Assembly (NCBI GenBank): GCA_003599855.1
Contig: QZKG01000067.1
Span: forward strand, 7,647 to 71,646
Direction: 5' to 3'
Length of the DNA: 64,000 nt
Source of the DNA: Gaiellales bacterium
Lineage (GTDB): Bacteria; Actinomycetota; Thermoleophilia; BMS3ABIN01
The notes under the pieces are model-generated. The model saw nothing but the letters and a program-made list of their open reading frames with translations, had not been told where the DNA came from and ran no database searches. A program made the translations under genes and the position numbers. Positions 8,432-17,816 of this stretch are shown here, one piece after another (the first letter of the stretch is position 1; each line of letters opens with the position of its first letter).

Positions 8432-9409
8432 TTGATGAGGGCCATTATCTATCTGCCGCAGGATGGCGCCGCCAGGGAGGTGCCTGTCAGGGAGGCGCTG
8501 GAAGGCCGCCGGAATGCGGGCGCTCTGCTCTGGCTGGATTGCGGCCATCTGGGAGAGGATGACATGGCACTGCTCAGCGAGGAGTTCGGTTTTCACGAGC
8601 TGGCTCTCGAGGACGCCTTCAAACATCACGAGCAGCGACCCAAGGTCGAAGAGTACGATGACCATTTCTTCCTGGTCATGCACTCGCTCTCAGCCAGGCC
8701 CCAGGGCCAGTCGCTGACGTTCGAAAGGAGCGAGCTCGACCTGTTCGCAGGCGCGGGCTATGTGGTCACGGTCCACCCGGGCGAAGTGCCGGAGCTGGAG
8801 ACCGTCTGGACGGACTCGCTCAAGCGGCCGTCGCTCATGAGCAACGGCTCCGATCGCCTGACCTACCACCTGCTGGACCGGGTAGTGGACAATTACCTGG
8901 AGGCTGTCGACCGGATCGAGGACGTCATCGACTACCTGGAAGACCGCGCAGTCGATGAGAAAGCAAGCGAAGAGGGAATCCGGGAGATCTTCGGCTTCAA
9001 GCGCGAGCTCATCCGCTTCCGCAAGACCAGCGGTCCCCTGCGCGACGCCATCGGCGAACTGACCTCCCTGGACTTCCCCGTAGTAAGCGCGGAAACGATG
9101 CCCTACCTGCGCGACGTTTACGACCACCTAATCCGGCTGGCCGACATGCTCGACACCTACCGGGACATCCTCGGCGGCGCCCTCGACGTCCACCTCGCGG
9201 CTGTGTCCAACCGCCTGAACGAGATCATGAAGCGGCTGACCCTGGTAGCCACCGTCTTCATGCCGCTGACTTTCATCACCGGTTTCTTCGGGATGAACTT
9301 CCTGGAGCTGCCCTTCAGCAGCGCCCTCTGGTTCTGGGGCAGCCTTGTGGTGATGGCCCTGACCGCCTTCTGGATGGTTGATTACTTCCGGCGCAATCAC
9401 TGGCTGTAA
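8432..9409 (+). CDS. corA: magnesium/cobalt transporter CorA
   Basis: The C-terminal two TM helices carry the GMN signature (FFGMNF) and end in YFRRNHWL. The cytoplasmic N-domain is acidic. SD is ggaaacggaggg. Confidence 0.85.
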   Translation: MMRAIIYLPQDGAAREVPVREALEGRRNAGALLWLDCGHLGEDDMALLSEEFGFHELALEDAFKHHEQRPKVEEYDDHFFLVMHSLSARPQGQSLTFERSELDLFAGAGYVVTVHPGEVPELETVWTDSLKRPSLMSNGSDRLTYHLLDRVVDNYLEAVDRIEDVIDYLEDRAVDEKASEEGIREIFGFKRELIRFRKTSGPLRDAIGELTSLDFPVVSAETMPYLRDVYDHLIRLADMLDTYRDILGGALDVHLAAVSNRLNEIMKRLTLVATVFMPLTFITGFFGMNFLELPFSSALWFWGSLVVMALTAFWMVDYFRRNHWL

Positions 9410-9486
9410 GCCAGGGGCAGCCGTCCGAACCCTTACCCTGCGTGCCAGCGTCGAATCCCTGAGACATATATTTCAAGCGATGCGGG

Positions 9487-10068
9487 ATGGACATGGTCAT
9501 GAGGGATAAACCGATTGCTGCCGGCAAGAGCAGTTTCGACCTGGTGGATACAGACACTGTATACAGAGAGCTCGGTTTGGGGCCGGGCATGGTGCTGGTG
9601 GACATCGCCAGCGGCGCCGGCAACTACACTTTCCCTGCCGCCGCCATAGTCGGGCCCCGGGGCGCCGTTCATGCAGTCGACCTCTGGCGGGAGGGCATCG
9701 AGTCCCTGGCATCGTATGCCCGCGAACGCGGCCTGGACAACATCCATCCTGCGGTGACTGACGTTTCTGAGGATATCCCGCTCGAGGACGGCGCCGCCGA
9801 CGCCTGCCTGATAGCCACCGCGCTGCACGACCTGGTGGAGGACGGCGCTGGCGCAGGAACGCTGCGGGAAGCAGCCCGAGTCCTCAAGACCGGCGGCAGG
9901 TTGACGGTGGTGGAGTTCAACAAGACCGGGGGACCTCCCGGGCCCCCGCAGCATGTCCGCCTCTCACCCCAGGAACTCGATGATCTGGTGGCGCCGTTCG
10001 GGTTCAGCAAGGTCGGCACTGTCAGCACTGGTGAGCATACCTACGCCACCACATACCTGCGCGACTGA
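9487..10068 (+). CDS. class I SAM-dependent methyltransferase
   Basis: Motif I VLVDIASGAGNYT (DxGxGxG-like) and an acidic post-I motif (VHAVDL) fit a methyltransferase type 11/12 fold. Confidence 0.7.
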   Translation: MDMVMRDKPIAAGKSSFDLVDTDTVYRELGLGPGMVLVDIASGAGNYTFPAAAIVGPRGAVHAVDLWREGIESLASYARERGLDNIHPAVTDVSEDIPLEDGAADACLIATALHDLVEDGAGAGTLREAARVLKTGGRLTVVEFNKTGGPPGPPQHVRLSPQELDDLVAPFGFSKVGTVSTGEHTYATTYLRD

Positions 10069-10210
10069 CCGCAATATACATCTCCCTGAAGCCCTGAGGC
10101 AAAGATTCACCGTCCCGTCCCGCACGGCACCGCCTGCAGATGAAAAAGGGACCGCCGTTAGGCGGTCCCTCTCATGCACTGGGCATCCGGATTGCCCTCC
10201 AGGGTCTGGG

Positions 10211-10420
10211 CTATGACGCCATCAGCACCTCTGTGCCGTCCGTGCTCCAGTCGCCCCGGTTCAGCCTTTCCTCAAAACAGCTGCGGCAGACCGCTTCACC
10301 CTTGCCGTCCTGAAAACAGACATGGACGACCGCCTTCCTCTCACATCCCGGCAGTTCTTCCCGGCAGACCGCGCCCGACTTGGCGGTAAGCACACCAGCA
10401 AACCTGACCTCTCTCAACAT
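10211..10420 (-). CDS. small Cys-rich putative metal-binding protein (paralog B)
   Basis: Paralog of 8018..8224 with collinear conserved Cys (AVCREELPGCE...HVCFQDGKGEAVCRSCFEERLNRGDW). The second ATG (MLREV) aligns with the paralog A start. The upstream gcac..cccctttSca element is similar in both copies. Confidence 0.5.
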   Translation of the reverse strand: MLREVRFAGVLTAKSGAVCREELPGCERKAVVHVCFQDGKGEAVCRSCFEERLNRGDWSTDGTEVLMAS

Positions 10421-10595
10421 CGCGCACAACCCCTTTCCACTTGTTTCCCGACACAGCGGCTTGACCGTTCATATTGTTTATCGGACTTTCTGCGGCAGTA
10501 TCGCGCCCTAAAAGGCGCTCCTGGGAAAAGGACACTCGGGCATGCGCCCCGGAGCCGCTGCCGGGATTGGGCCAAGCCTGGCCAGAAGCCGTTCG

Positions 10596-11585
10596 TCAGG
10601 ATTCGATGTCGAAATAGATGGTGACGATATCCAGGTCCCGGGGGTCGCCGGCGCCGTCGTCTGTGACGGTGAGGAACTCCCCGGTCAGCAGGCAGGCTGC
10701 CTCGTCCCTGGTGATCTCCCCGGCCGACTCGATCTCGCCGTAGGCGTTGGTGTCTGCCATGCCGTAGGGCCGGTAGAAGTTCCAGGTGCCCTTGAAGGCG
10801 CCTTTCCTGTAGGTACCCTTGATCTCCAGGGTGGTCTGGACCCCCTGCATCACCGACCCGTCGCCGGAAATGGCCGGCCGCTGCGCCATGCCGTAGACAT
10901 CCCCGCCGTCCACTTCGATCTCGATCTCAGCCAGCAGGTATTCCATATCCACGAGGTCGTCCGGGATGCTTCCATCGAGCAGGTCGACCTTGAGGGTGAA
11001 GGGCTCTTCCAGTGGTTCAGCCTCCGGATCCACCTCGACTGTCTTGACCTTCACAACGGTCTCTGTTTTAGGAGTCTTGTCGTCGCCGCTCAGCTCAAGA
11101 AGCGCGATAACGCTGCCCGCGATGGTAGCCGCAGCTACCAGGGCGATGGCGGCGTAGATGACCTGCTTCTTCCTTCTGCCCTTTTCATCGGGCGGTTGTC
11201 CACCTGCACCAGGACCCTCTCCCGGGCCATCCGGGGGTCCTGGGGCCGGCATCACCCCGGTGGGCTCATCCTGGGCCGGCATCGCTGCTGTCTGTTCGTC
11301 GTCCGCCTGGCCACCCTCCTGGTCATAAGTCCTCCGAGGCAGTGCGGCTGCCAGCTGCGCCGCCGGTATGGCCTGGGTTGGAGCCTCGTCGGCAGGCTCA
11401 TCCTCCCCGGACCCCTCCCCGGCAGCAGGAGCCTCCGCAGACTCATCTGCGGGAGCCTCCGGTGGCCCAGCCTGCTCCTGACCCGAAGCATCAATCCCCT
11501 GCTTTGGCAGCTCCGCACCGCACTGCGCGCAGAACGACGAACCCTCTTCGACGGCCTCGTGGCCGCACGTGGGACAAAAAGTCAT
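10596..11585 (-). CDS. zinc-ribbon domain membrane protein with Pro/Ala/Glu-rich linker
   Basis: Real start MTFCPTCGHEAVEEGSSFCAQCGAEL follows the SD ggagg. A low-complexity acidic/Pro region comes next, then a single TM (VIYAAIALVAAATIAGSVIALL) and a C-terminal extracytoplasmic domain. Confidence 0.65.
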   Translation of the reverse strand: MTFCPTCGHEAVEEGSSFCAQCGAELPKQGIDASGQEQAGPPEAPADESAEAPAAGEGSGEDEPADEAPTQAIPAAQLAAALPRRTYDQEGGQADDEQTAAMPAQDEPTGVMPAPGPPDGPGEGPGAGGQPPDEKGRRKKQVIYAAIALVAAATIAGSVIALLELSGDDKTPKTETVVKVKTVEVDPEAEPLEEPFTLKVDLLDGSIPDDLVDMEYLLAEIEIEVDGGDVYGMAQRPAISGDGSVMQGVQTTLEIKGTYRKGAFKGTWNFYRPYGMADTNAYGEIESAGEITRDEAACLLTGEFLTVTDDGAGDPRDLDIVTIYFDIES

Positions 11586-11831
11586 CCGACCTCCTGGGAG
11601 CCTGTATTTGAGCCGTTTCAGGGCACCGCCCTGCCGGCCGCTCGCTCGCTGCGACTCCAAGTCTTTCAGAAATCCGGGGAAAGTTAAATAGCCCAACCTC
11701 GGATCCCGCCTCAAGTCAATTCATTAAATACCGAATAATCAAAAGCACTCCATCGGCCGGTGTGCCGGGTAGTCAAAAACCATATAGGGGGTATCCGGGG
11801 AACCGGGGCCATCCGGTTCGCTGGGGCAGAC

Positions 11832-13568
11832 ATGAAAAGGTACCTTGCAACTTATCTGTCCAGCATGAAGCGCATCTGTGCGGTCATGGTAGCCTTCGGC
11901 CTGACTATCGGCCTGGTATTCCCCCTGGTTGTGAATCCTTTTGTCTCCTGGAACGAGGGGCGAAGGATTTATTTCCAGCTGGCCTGCCTGATCGCCGGGT
12001 TCGCCGTCGGCATGTTCTGCTACACCCTGATCAAGATCACCCTCTACAGGCAGAAGCAGGAGCTCGAAAGCGCAAAAGTACAGTTCACCTCGCTGACCGA
12101 GACTGCCATCAAGAATCATAATTGGGACGTCGTCTTGCATGATGAAAGAATCTCTACCTGCTGGCAAGACATGAACTGCAACAGCAGCAACTGCCCTGTT
12201 TACGGGCTGCGCCATACGCGCTGCTGGCTCATTGCCGGGACCTTCTGCGGCGGCGAGATACAGGGGCGGTTCGCGCAGAAACTGGAAACCTGCTCGGAGT
12301 GCCGGATTTACCAGGGGGCCGTCCAGCAGGACCCCATCAGCGAGATCGGCGAGAACTTCAACAGCCTGATGTGGGTCGTGCACGAGCGCGAGGAGCAGCT
12401 GGAGCAAGTGAACAACAAGCTGAAGGAGATGGCAACGACCGACGCACTCACAGGGCTGAAGAACCATGGCCATTTCCAGGAAGAGCTATCGCAGGAGATG
12501 GCGCGCTCCAGACGCTTCGGCCACCCTCTTTCCCTCGTCATCCTCGACCTCGACCATTTCAAGAGCGTCAACGACAAGTTCGGCCATCAGACAGGCGACT
12601 CGGTGCTGAAGGCTGTAGGCAGCTTCCTGAGGGCAGAGATCAGGGCGGTGGACTATGTGGCCCGCTACGGCGGCGAGGAGTTCGTGATCATCCTGCCGGA
12701 AACCATGCCCCAGGCCGCCATCAGGGTCGCGCAAAAACTCAGGGTCAGGATCAGGGACGTAGTGGCTGCTGAAACGGGACTGCCGCCGTCGTATATCGGG
12801 GCCAGCTTCGGAGTTGCTGACTATCCGGGGTGCGCCACGGACAAGGACAGCCTGATCGCGGCAGCGGACTCGGCGTTGTTGTTCACCAAGCGCCAGGGCC
12901 GTGACAATGTATCCTACTTCCTCAGTCTCAACGATACGGCGCTGACCGACGGCGACATCGAACAGCTGGGCGAGCGGCTGAGCTGCGCCGGCCTGCAGAC
13001 TATCCGCGCCCTCGCGCTGGCGGTTGACAGCAGTGACGGTTACTCCATGGAAGACGCGGAACGCATCAGCGGGATAACCCAGGCGCTCGCGGCAGATTTG
13101 GACCTTGACAGGGAAAAGACCGAGACGCTGATGCTGGCAACCAGGCTCCATGATATCGGCAAGGTCGGCATACCCAGCGCCCTGCTGTCCAACCCGGAAG
13201 AGCTCTCCGAGGACGAGGTCAAGCAGATGCGGCAGCATCCCGAGATCGCGCGGCGGATCCTGCATGAAGCAGTCGCCATCAAGGACCTGGTCGCCGCCAT
13301 CCTCTATCACCACGAACGCTGGGACGGCACCGGCTACCCCGAGCAACTGGCGGGCGAGGAGATCCCCCTGATGGCCCGGGTCGTGAGCATCACCGACGCG
13401 TATCGCGCCATGTTGTGCGACCGCCCCTACCGCAAGGCGATCAGCAAGGCGGAGGCGATCGCCGAGCTGCGCAAGAACGCGGGCAGGCAGTTCGACCCGG
13501 CCCTGGTGGAGAAATTCATCAGGATTCTGGAGCAGGAAGACCTCGAGAGCCTGCGCGACGCGGTCTGA
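11832..13568 (+). CDS. GGDEF diguanylate cyclase + HD-GYP phosphodiesterase fusion with N-terminal TM and Cys-rich domain
   Basis: GGDEF active site RYGGEEFVIILPE. HD-GYP motifs HDIGKVGIP and HHERWDGTGYP. N-terminal TM helices. An 8-Cys cluster CWQDMNCNSSNCPVYGLRHTRCWLIAGTFCGGEIQ...CSECRIY. Confidence 0.85.
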   Translation: MKRYLATYLSSMKRICAVMVAFGLTIGLVFPLVVNPFVSWNEGRRIYFQLACLIAGFAVGMFCYTLIKITLYRQKQELESAKVQFTSLTETAIKNHNWDVVLHDERISTCWQDMNCNSSNCPVYGLRHTRCWLIAGTFCGGEIQGRFAQKLETCSECRIYQGAVQQDPISEIGENFNSLMWVVHEREEQLEQVNNKLKEMATTDALTGLKNHGHFQEELSQEMARSRRFGHPLSLVILDLDHFKSVNDKFGHQTGDSVLKAVGSFLRAEIRAVDYVARYGGEEFVIILPETMPQAAIRVAQKLRVRIRDVVAAETGLPPSYIGASFGVADYPGCATDKDSLIAAADSALLFTKRQGRDNVSYFLSLNDTALTDGDIEQLGERLSCAGLQTIRALALAVDSSDGYSMEDAERISGITQALAADLDLDREKTETLMLATRLHDIGKVGIPSALLSNPEELSEDEVKQMRQHPEIARRILHEAVAIKDLVAAILYHHERWDGTGYPEQLAGEEIPLMARVVSITDAYRAMLCDRPYRKAISKAEAIAELRKNAGRQFDPALVEKFIRILEQEDLESLRDAV

Positions 13569-13574
13569 CAGCGG

Positions 13575-15380
13575 TTATCCGGCTTCCGGCTCCCTTGCCG
13601 TGGCGCCGACTCCGCGCGCAGACTCCCCCTTGTCGATGCCGTCGATCTCGTCGTAGACCATGCTCTTTGAAATGATGAAGTCACCCATCACCAGATAGTC
13701 GAGCCCCGTGGAGAAGAAGCAGCGCAGAGCGTCGGCGGGGCTGTCGACGATGGGCTCCCCCTTGACGTTGAAACTGGTATTGAGGATGAGCGGGCAGCCG
13801 GTCAGCCTGTAGAACTCCTCGATGAGCGCGTGGTACCGTGGGTTGGCGGTGCGGCTCACGGTCTGGGGACGGGCGGTGCCATCCACGTGGGTGACCGCCT
13901 GGATGATGCCCCGCTTGTCTTCCCGGACGGTGGGTATCATCAGCATGTACGGCGAGCTGATGTCGAGGTCGAACCACTCGGCGCAATGCTCCTCCATGAC
14001 TGACGGCGCAAACGGGCGGAACTCCTCCCTGAACTTGATGCGGGCGTTGACGATATCCTTGTTCTCCGCCGGGCGGGGGTCGGCGATGATGCTGCGGGAG
14101 CCGAGCGCCCGCGGCCCCAGTTCGCTCCGGCCCTGGAACCAGCCGATGATCTTGCCGTCCACCAGCAGCCTGGCGACGGTGCCGGGGACATCTGCCAGTC
14201 GGCGGGCGGCGATCCTGTAATTGCCGAGCTCCTGCTCGATCTCCTCGTTGGTGAAGCCGCTGCCCCAGTAGGCATGGTCGAAGCCGATCTTCTCACGATT
14301 GCCCCCGATGGCGTGATAACCGTACAAAGCGGCTCCCAGGGATACGCCCCCGTCGTTGGAGGCCGGTTGTATGTAGATGTTGTCCAGGGAGAGCTGCTTG
14401 TGGATCTGGTAGTTCATCACGCCGTTGAGGCAGACACCGCCCGCAAGGCACAGGTTGTCTATGCCCGTGGACTGCACCAGGTTGCCGGCGATCTCCACGC
14501 CCACCTCGTTGAGCCGCGCCTGCAGGCTGCAGGCGATATCCATGTGGGTCCGGGTGATCTCCTGGCTGTCCTTCCGTGGCGGCCCGAAGGTCTTCTCCAC
14601 CAGGCTGGTCCAGTAATCGCCCTTGGCACAGCCCGAATAGGACTGATGCTGGATGTAGGCGGTGTCCACGTGAAATATGGTCTCCGGGTCGAAGCGGAAG
14701 ATTTTCCTCATCTCATCGAGGTGAACCGGCTCGCCGTAGGCCGCCAGGCCCATCACCTTGTATTCGTCATGGTTGCCGAACCCGAGGTAGCGGGTGAAGG
14801 CCAGGTAGAGAAGACCAAGCGACTGGGGCCAGAAGGATTCCCTGATCTTCACTATCCCTGATCCGTCGCCCAGGCCCAACAACCCGGTGCTCCATTCGCC
14901 TCGCCCGTCCAGCGAAAGGATGCTGGCCCGATCGAAGGGAGAGGCGTAGAACGAACTGGCCGCATGGGCCATGTGGTGTTCGATGAAATGCACGCTGGCG
15001 TTGGGGAACAACATCCTGACGGTCCTGCCGTCGTTGAGCGTGCCGTAATGGAGGTTCCGCAGGAAAGCAGCCTTGCGCCGCATGACCCGGGGGCTCATCG
15101 ATTTGTGCACCAGGATACCGGCTTTCTTCAGGTAATGACCGCGAGGGGTCCACCCGATGACCACCTGATCCACCCTGTCGCCGCTGATGCCGGCACGGTC
15201 GAGACAGAACCTGATGCTCTGCATGGGAAAGTCGCTGTCGTGCTTCTTCCGGGTCAGCCGCTCTTCCTCAATGGCAGCCAGAAGCCTGCCGCCCGCGATC
15301 AGGGACGCGCCGCTGTCATGGCCGCTGCTGCACCCTAACCCGAGGATGATCCTGTCATTGTCTGGGGACACTGGGGACAC
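13575..15380 (-). CDS. carbamoyltransferase, NodU/CmcH (TobZ-like) family
   Basis: A 601-aa protein with an N-terminal Kae1/YgjD-like domain (IILGLGCSSGHDSGASLIAGGRLLAAIEEERLTRKKHDSDFP) and a C-terminal YrdC-like domain, typical of O-carbamoyltransferases. Confidence 0.75.
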   Translation of the reverse strand: MSPVSPDNDRIILGLGCSSGHDSGASLIAGGRLLAAIEEERLTRKKHDSDFPMQSIRFCLDRAGISGDRVDQVVIGWTPRGHYLKKAGILVHKSMSPRVMRRKAAFLRNLHYGTLNDGRTVRMLFPNASVHFIEHHMAHAASSFYASPFDRASILSLDGRGEWSTGLLGLGDGSGIVKIRESFWPQSLGLLYLAFTRYLGFGNHDEYKVMGLAAYGEPVHLDEMRKIFRFDPETIFHVDTAYIQHQSYSGCAKGDYWTSLVEKTFGPPRKDSQEITRTHMDIACSLQARLNEVGVEIAGNLVQSTGIDNLCLAGGVCLNGVMNYQIHKQLSLDNIYIQPASNDGGVSLGAALYGYHAIGGNREKIGFDHAYWGSGFTNEEIEQELGNYRIAARRLADVPGTVARLLVDGKIIGWFQGRSELGPRALGSRSIIADPRPAENKDIVNARIKFREEFRPFAPSVMEEHCAEWFDLDISSPYMLMIPTVREDKRGIIQAVTHVDGTARPQTVSRTANPRYHALIEEFYRLTGCPLILNTSFNVKGEPIVDSPADALRCFFSTGLDYLVMGDFIISKSMVYDEIDGIDKGESARGVGATAREPEAG

Positions 15381-15643
15381 AAATATTCCTATTGCGCTAG
15401 GTTATCTATAGTTAGCAAATGTTCCCTGAAACTGCAGCGGTTGTCAATGCGCGCGGGCAGCTTATGACAGGCCCTTCTCACAGTTCAGAGCCGCTTCCCC
15501 TGACGCTCACCGACCAGCAGAACTGGCGACCACATTTATCAGCATGTCAAGGTGAATCTTGTCAATACCGAAGATTCATAGTAAGGAGCCAGCCCGACGA
15601 CACTACGCCGGCTCCAGTCAGGAAACGAGATGGCAGGTGGGGA

Positions 15644-17620
15644 ATGCCAGACGACAGTTTTACTCGCGACGCTTCAAGAACGCTCGGCGAGGACCCTGGT
15701 GGTTCATTCCGACACAAGAGTGAGAACCAGCTGGCCCCTACCCTGATGGAAGTCCTCGACTCGCTACCCTTCTACGTGATGCTGGTTGATTCGGGCCACC
15801 ACATCCTTTTCGCCAACAAGTCAGTCAGGAGCCAGCTGGATGTCGAGCCCCGCGACATCGTCGGCAAGTACTGCCCTAGAGCAGTGCACGGCCTCGACCA
15901 CCCCTTCCCCGGCTGCCCGCTTGAGACAGCGGTCGCGAAGGGAGGCATTGCGGTGGAGCATGAGCAGTTCGATGAAAACAGCGGCAGGTGGTTCCTGCTC
16001 TCAGTCTACCCGACAGGCTGCAAGAGCTCTGACGGCGAGGACATATACTTCCACATAGTCCAGGATGTCTCGGAGAAGAAAGAGGCCCAGCGGGCCCAGT
16101 GGGAGAGCGAGGACAGGTATCGACAGATCATCGACACGACGAAGGATATCGTCTGCGTCGGCGACCCGGAAGGCAGGATAATAGACATCAACCCGGCGGG
16201 ACTGCAGTTGCTGGGATACTCTTCCGTGGACGAGCTGCGCGGTATGAATTACATCACTGACTTATATTTCAATCCAGACGACCATGAGGACTTCATGCGC
16301 CTGATCTCTGAACGCGGATTCGTTGAAGATTGCGAGATCGACCTGCGCAACCGTGCAGGCGACAAGATCACCGTGACCACCTGCGTCACAGCCGTCCGCG
16401 ACGACGAGGGCAGCATCGTCGAGCTCCGCGCGATCATGCGCGACATCACGGAGAACAAGATGCTCCAGCAACAGCTTTATCATGCCCAGCGCATGGAGGC
16501 CATCGGCCGCTTCGCCGGGGGCATCGCCCATGACTTCAACAACTTCCTCATGGCTATCCGGGGCCATGCCCTGCTTCTGCTCAAGGACCTGCCGGAGGGC
16601 GACCCGTCGCGTGAAGACCTCAACGAGATCCTCAGGACGACAGAGAGGGGCGCTGACCTGACCCGCCAGCTGCTGCTCTTCGGACGGTCGACGGAGCCGG
16701 ACCTGAAGCCGGTGGACCTGGATGACATGATCGACGGCACGCGCGCGCTCCTGGAACAGCTAATCGGCGAGAATTACACGATCGCCACCAGGAACGACGG
16801 CGGCAGCCATACGGTCAGGGCGGACCCGGTCCAGCTACAGCAGGTACTGATGAATCTTGTGATCAACGCGCGCGACGCCATGCCCGGCGGCGGCACGATA
16901 ACCATCGGGTGCAGCGCCATCGACGTCGATGAAGCTACCTTGGCTGAAAATCCGAAGGCGGCGCCGGGCCGGGCTGCCTGCATCACAGTGGCCGACGAAG
17001 GCGCGGGTATCCCTGAAGATCACCTGGGCAAGATCTTCGACCCCTTCTTCACCACCAAGAAAGCCGGCAAGGGGACCGGGCTCGGTCTTTCCGTTGTGCA
17101 CGGTATAGTCACCCGGCACGGGGGCTGGATGGACGTGGAAAGCTCGCCGGAGAAGGGCACTTCCTTCAGCTTCTGCCTGCCTCTCTCCCGCGAAGCGGCG
17201 CTGGAGGGGATCACGGATGTGGATACCGATGACGAAGTGGTTGCCGGGAACGGCCAACTGATCCTGGTGGTCGAGGACGAAGAGTCGATCCAGAAGATCG
17301 TCGCGCGCATGCTGACCCGTCAGGGCTTCAGCGTCACCGTCGCCGGCAGCGCGGAAGAGGCGCTGGAACTGGTCCGTGATGGAGAGGCCGGATTCGATCT
17401 GCTGTTCACCGATGTGATGCTGCCCGGTGAAAGCGGGATAGCGCTTGCCGCCAGACTGCGCGAGCAGCATCCCGGGCTGAAGGTGCTGTTGACCTCGGGA
17501 TACGCCGACGATGGTTTCGAAACCGGTGATGGCGATCGCGCTGACTTCCAGATACTGCAGAAGCCCTACACCATCACGACGCTGGCAAGAGCGGTGAACA
17601 GGGCGCTGGCCGGCGGCTGA
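15644..17620 (+). CDS. hybrid sensor histidine kinase (PAS-PAS-HisKA-HATPase-REC)
   Basis: H-box IAHDFNNFLMAIRGH. HATPase G-boxes ([15 protein letters not shown]). C-terminal receiver (LILVVEDEESIQKIVARML...LLFTDVMLPGESG). Start chosen at the ATG with SD aggtgggga; ORF track begins at 15419. Confidence 0.8.
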   Translation: MPDDSFTRDASRTLGEDPGGSFRHKSENQLAPTLMEVLDSLPFYVMLVDSGHHILFANKSVRSQLDVEPRDIVGKYCPRAVHGLDHPFPGCPLETAVAKGGIAVEHEQFDENSGRWFLLSVYPTGCKSSDGEDIYFHIVQDVSEKKEAQRAQWESEDRYRQIIDTTKDIVCVGDPEGRIIDINPAGLQLLGYSSVDELRGMNYITDLYFNPDDHEDFMRLISERGFVEDCEIDLRNRAGDKITVTTCVTAVRDDEGSIVELRAIMRDITENKMLQQQLYHAQRMEAIGRFAGGIAHDFNNFLMAIRGHALLLLKDLPEGDPSREDLNEILRTTERGADLTRQLLLFGRSTEPDLKPVDLDDMIDGTRALLEQLIGENYTIATRNDGGSHTVRADPVQLQQVLMNLVINARDAMPGGGTITIGCSAIDVDEATLAENPKAAPGRAACITVADEGAGIPEDHLGKIFDPFFTTKKAGKGTGLGLSVVHGIVTRHGGWMDVESSPEKGTSFSFCLPLSREAALEGITDVDTDDEVVAGNGQLILVVEDEESIQKIVARMLTRQGFSVTVAGSAEEALELVRDGEAGFDLLFTDVMLPGESGIALAARLREQHPGLKVLLTSGYADDGFETGDGDRADFQILQKPYTITTLARAVNRALAGG

Positions 17621-17816
17621 TCAGCTTCCGGCGACTCATGCTTTACCGGCCCCTTCCGATACAACCCCGCAAACAGGCTGCTGACACGCCTGCGCCGTGA
17701 TAGCCATGTTTAACTCACGCGGCGCTCGAGGCATGATAGGGCACTGACGCAAAACTGCGGCTGCATCAATCGCCGCGGCAAGGAGCGCGACCGCGCGCCA
17801 CGTGAAGGGGGAGGAT

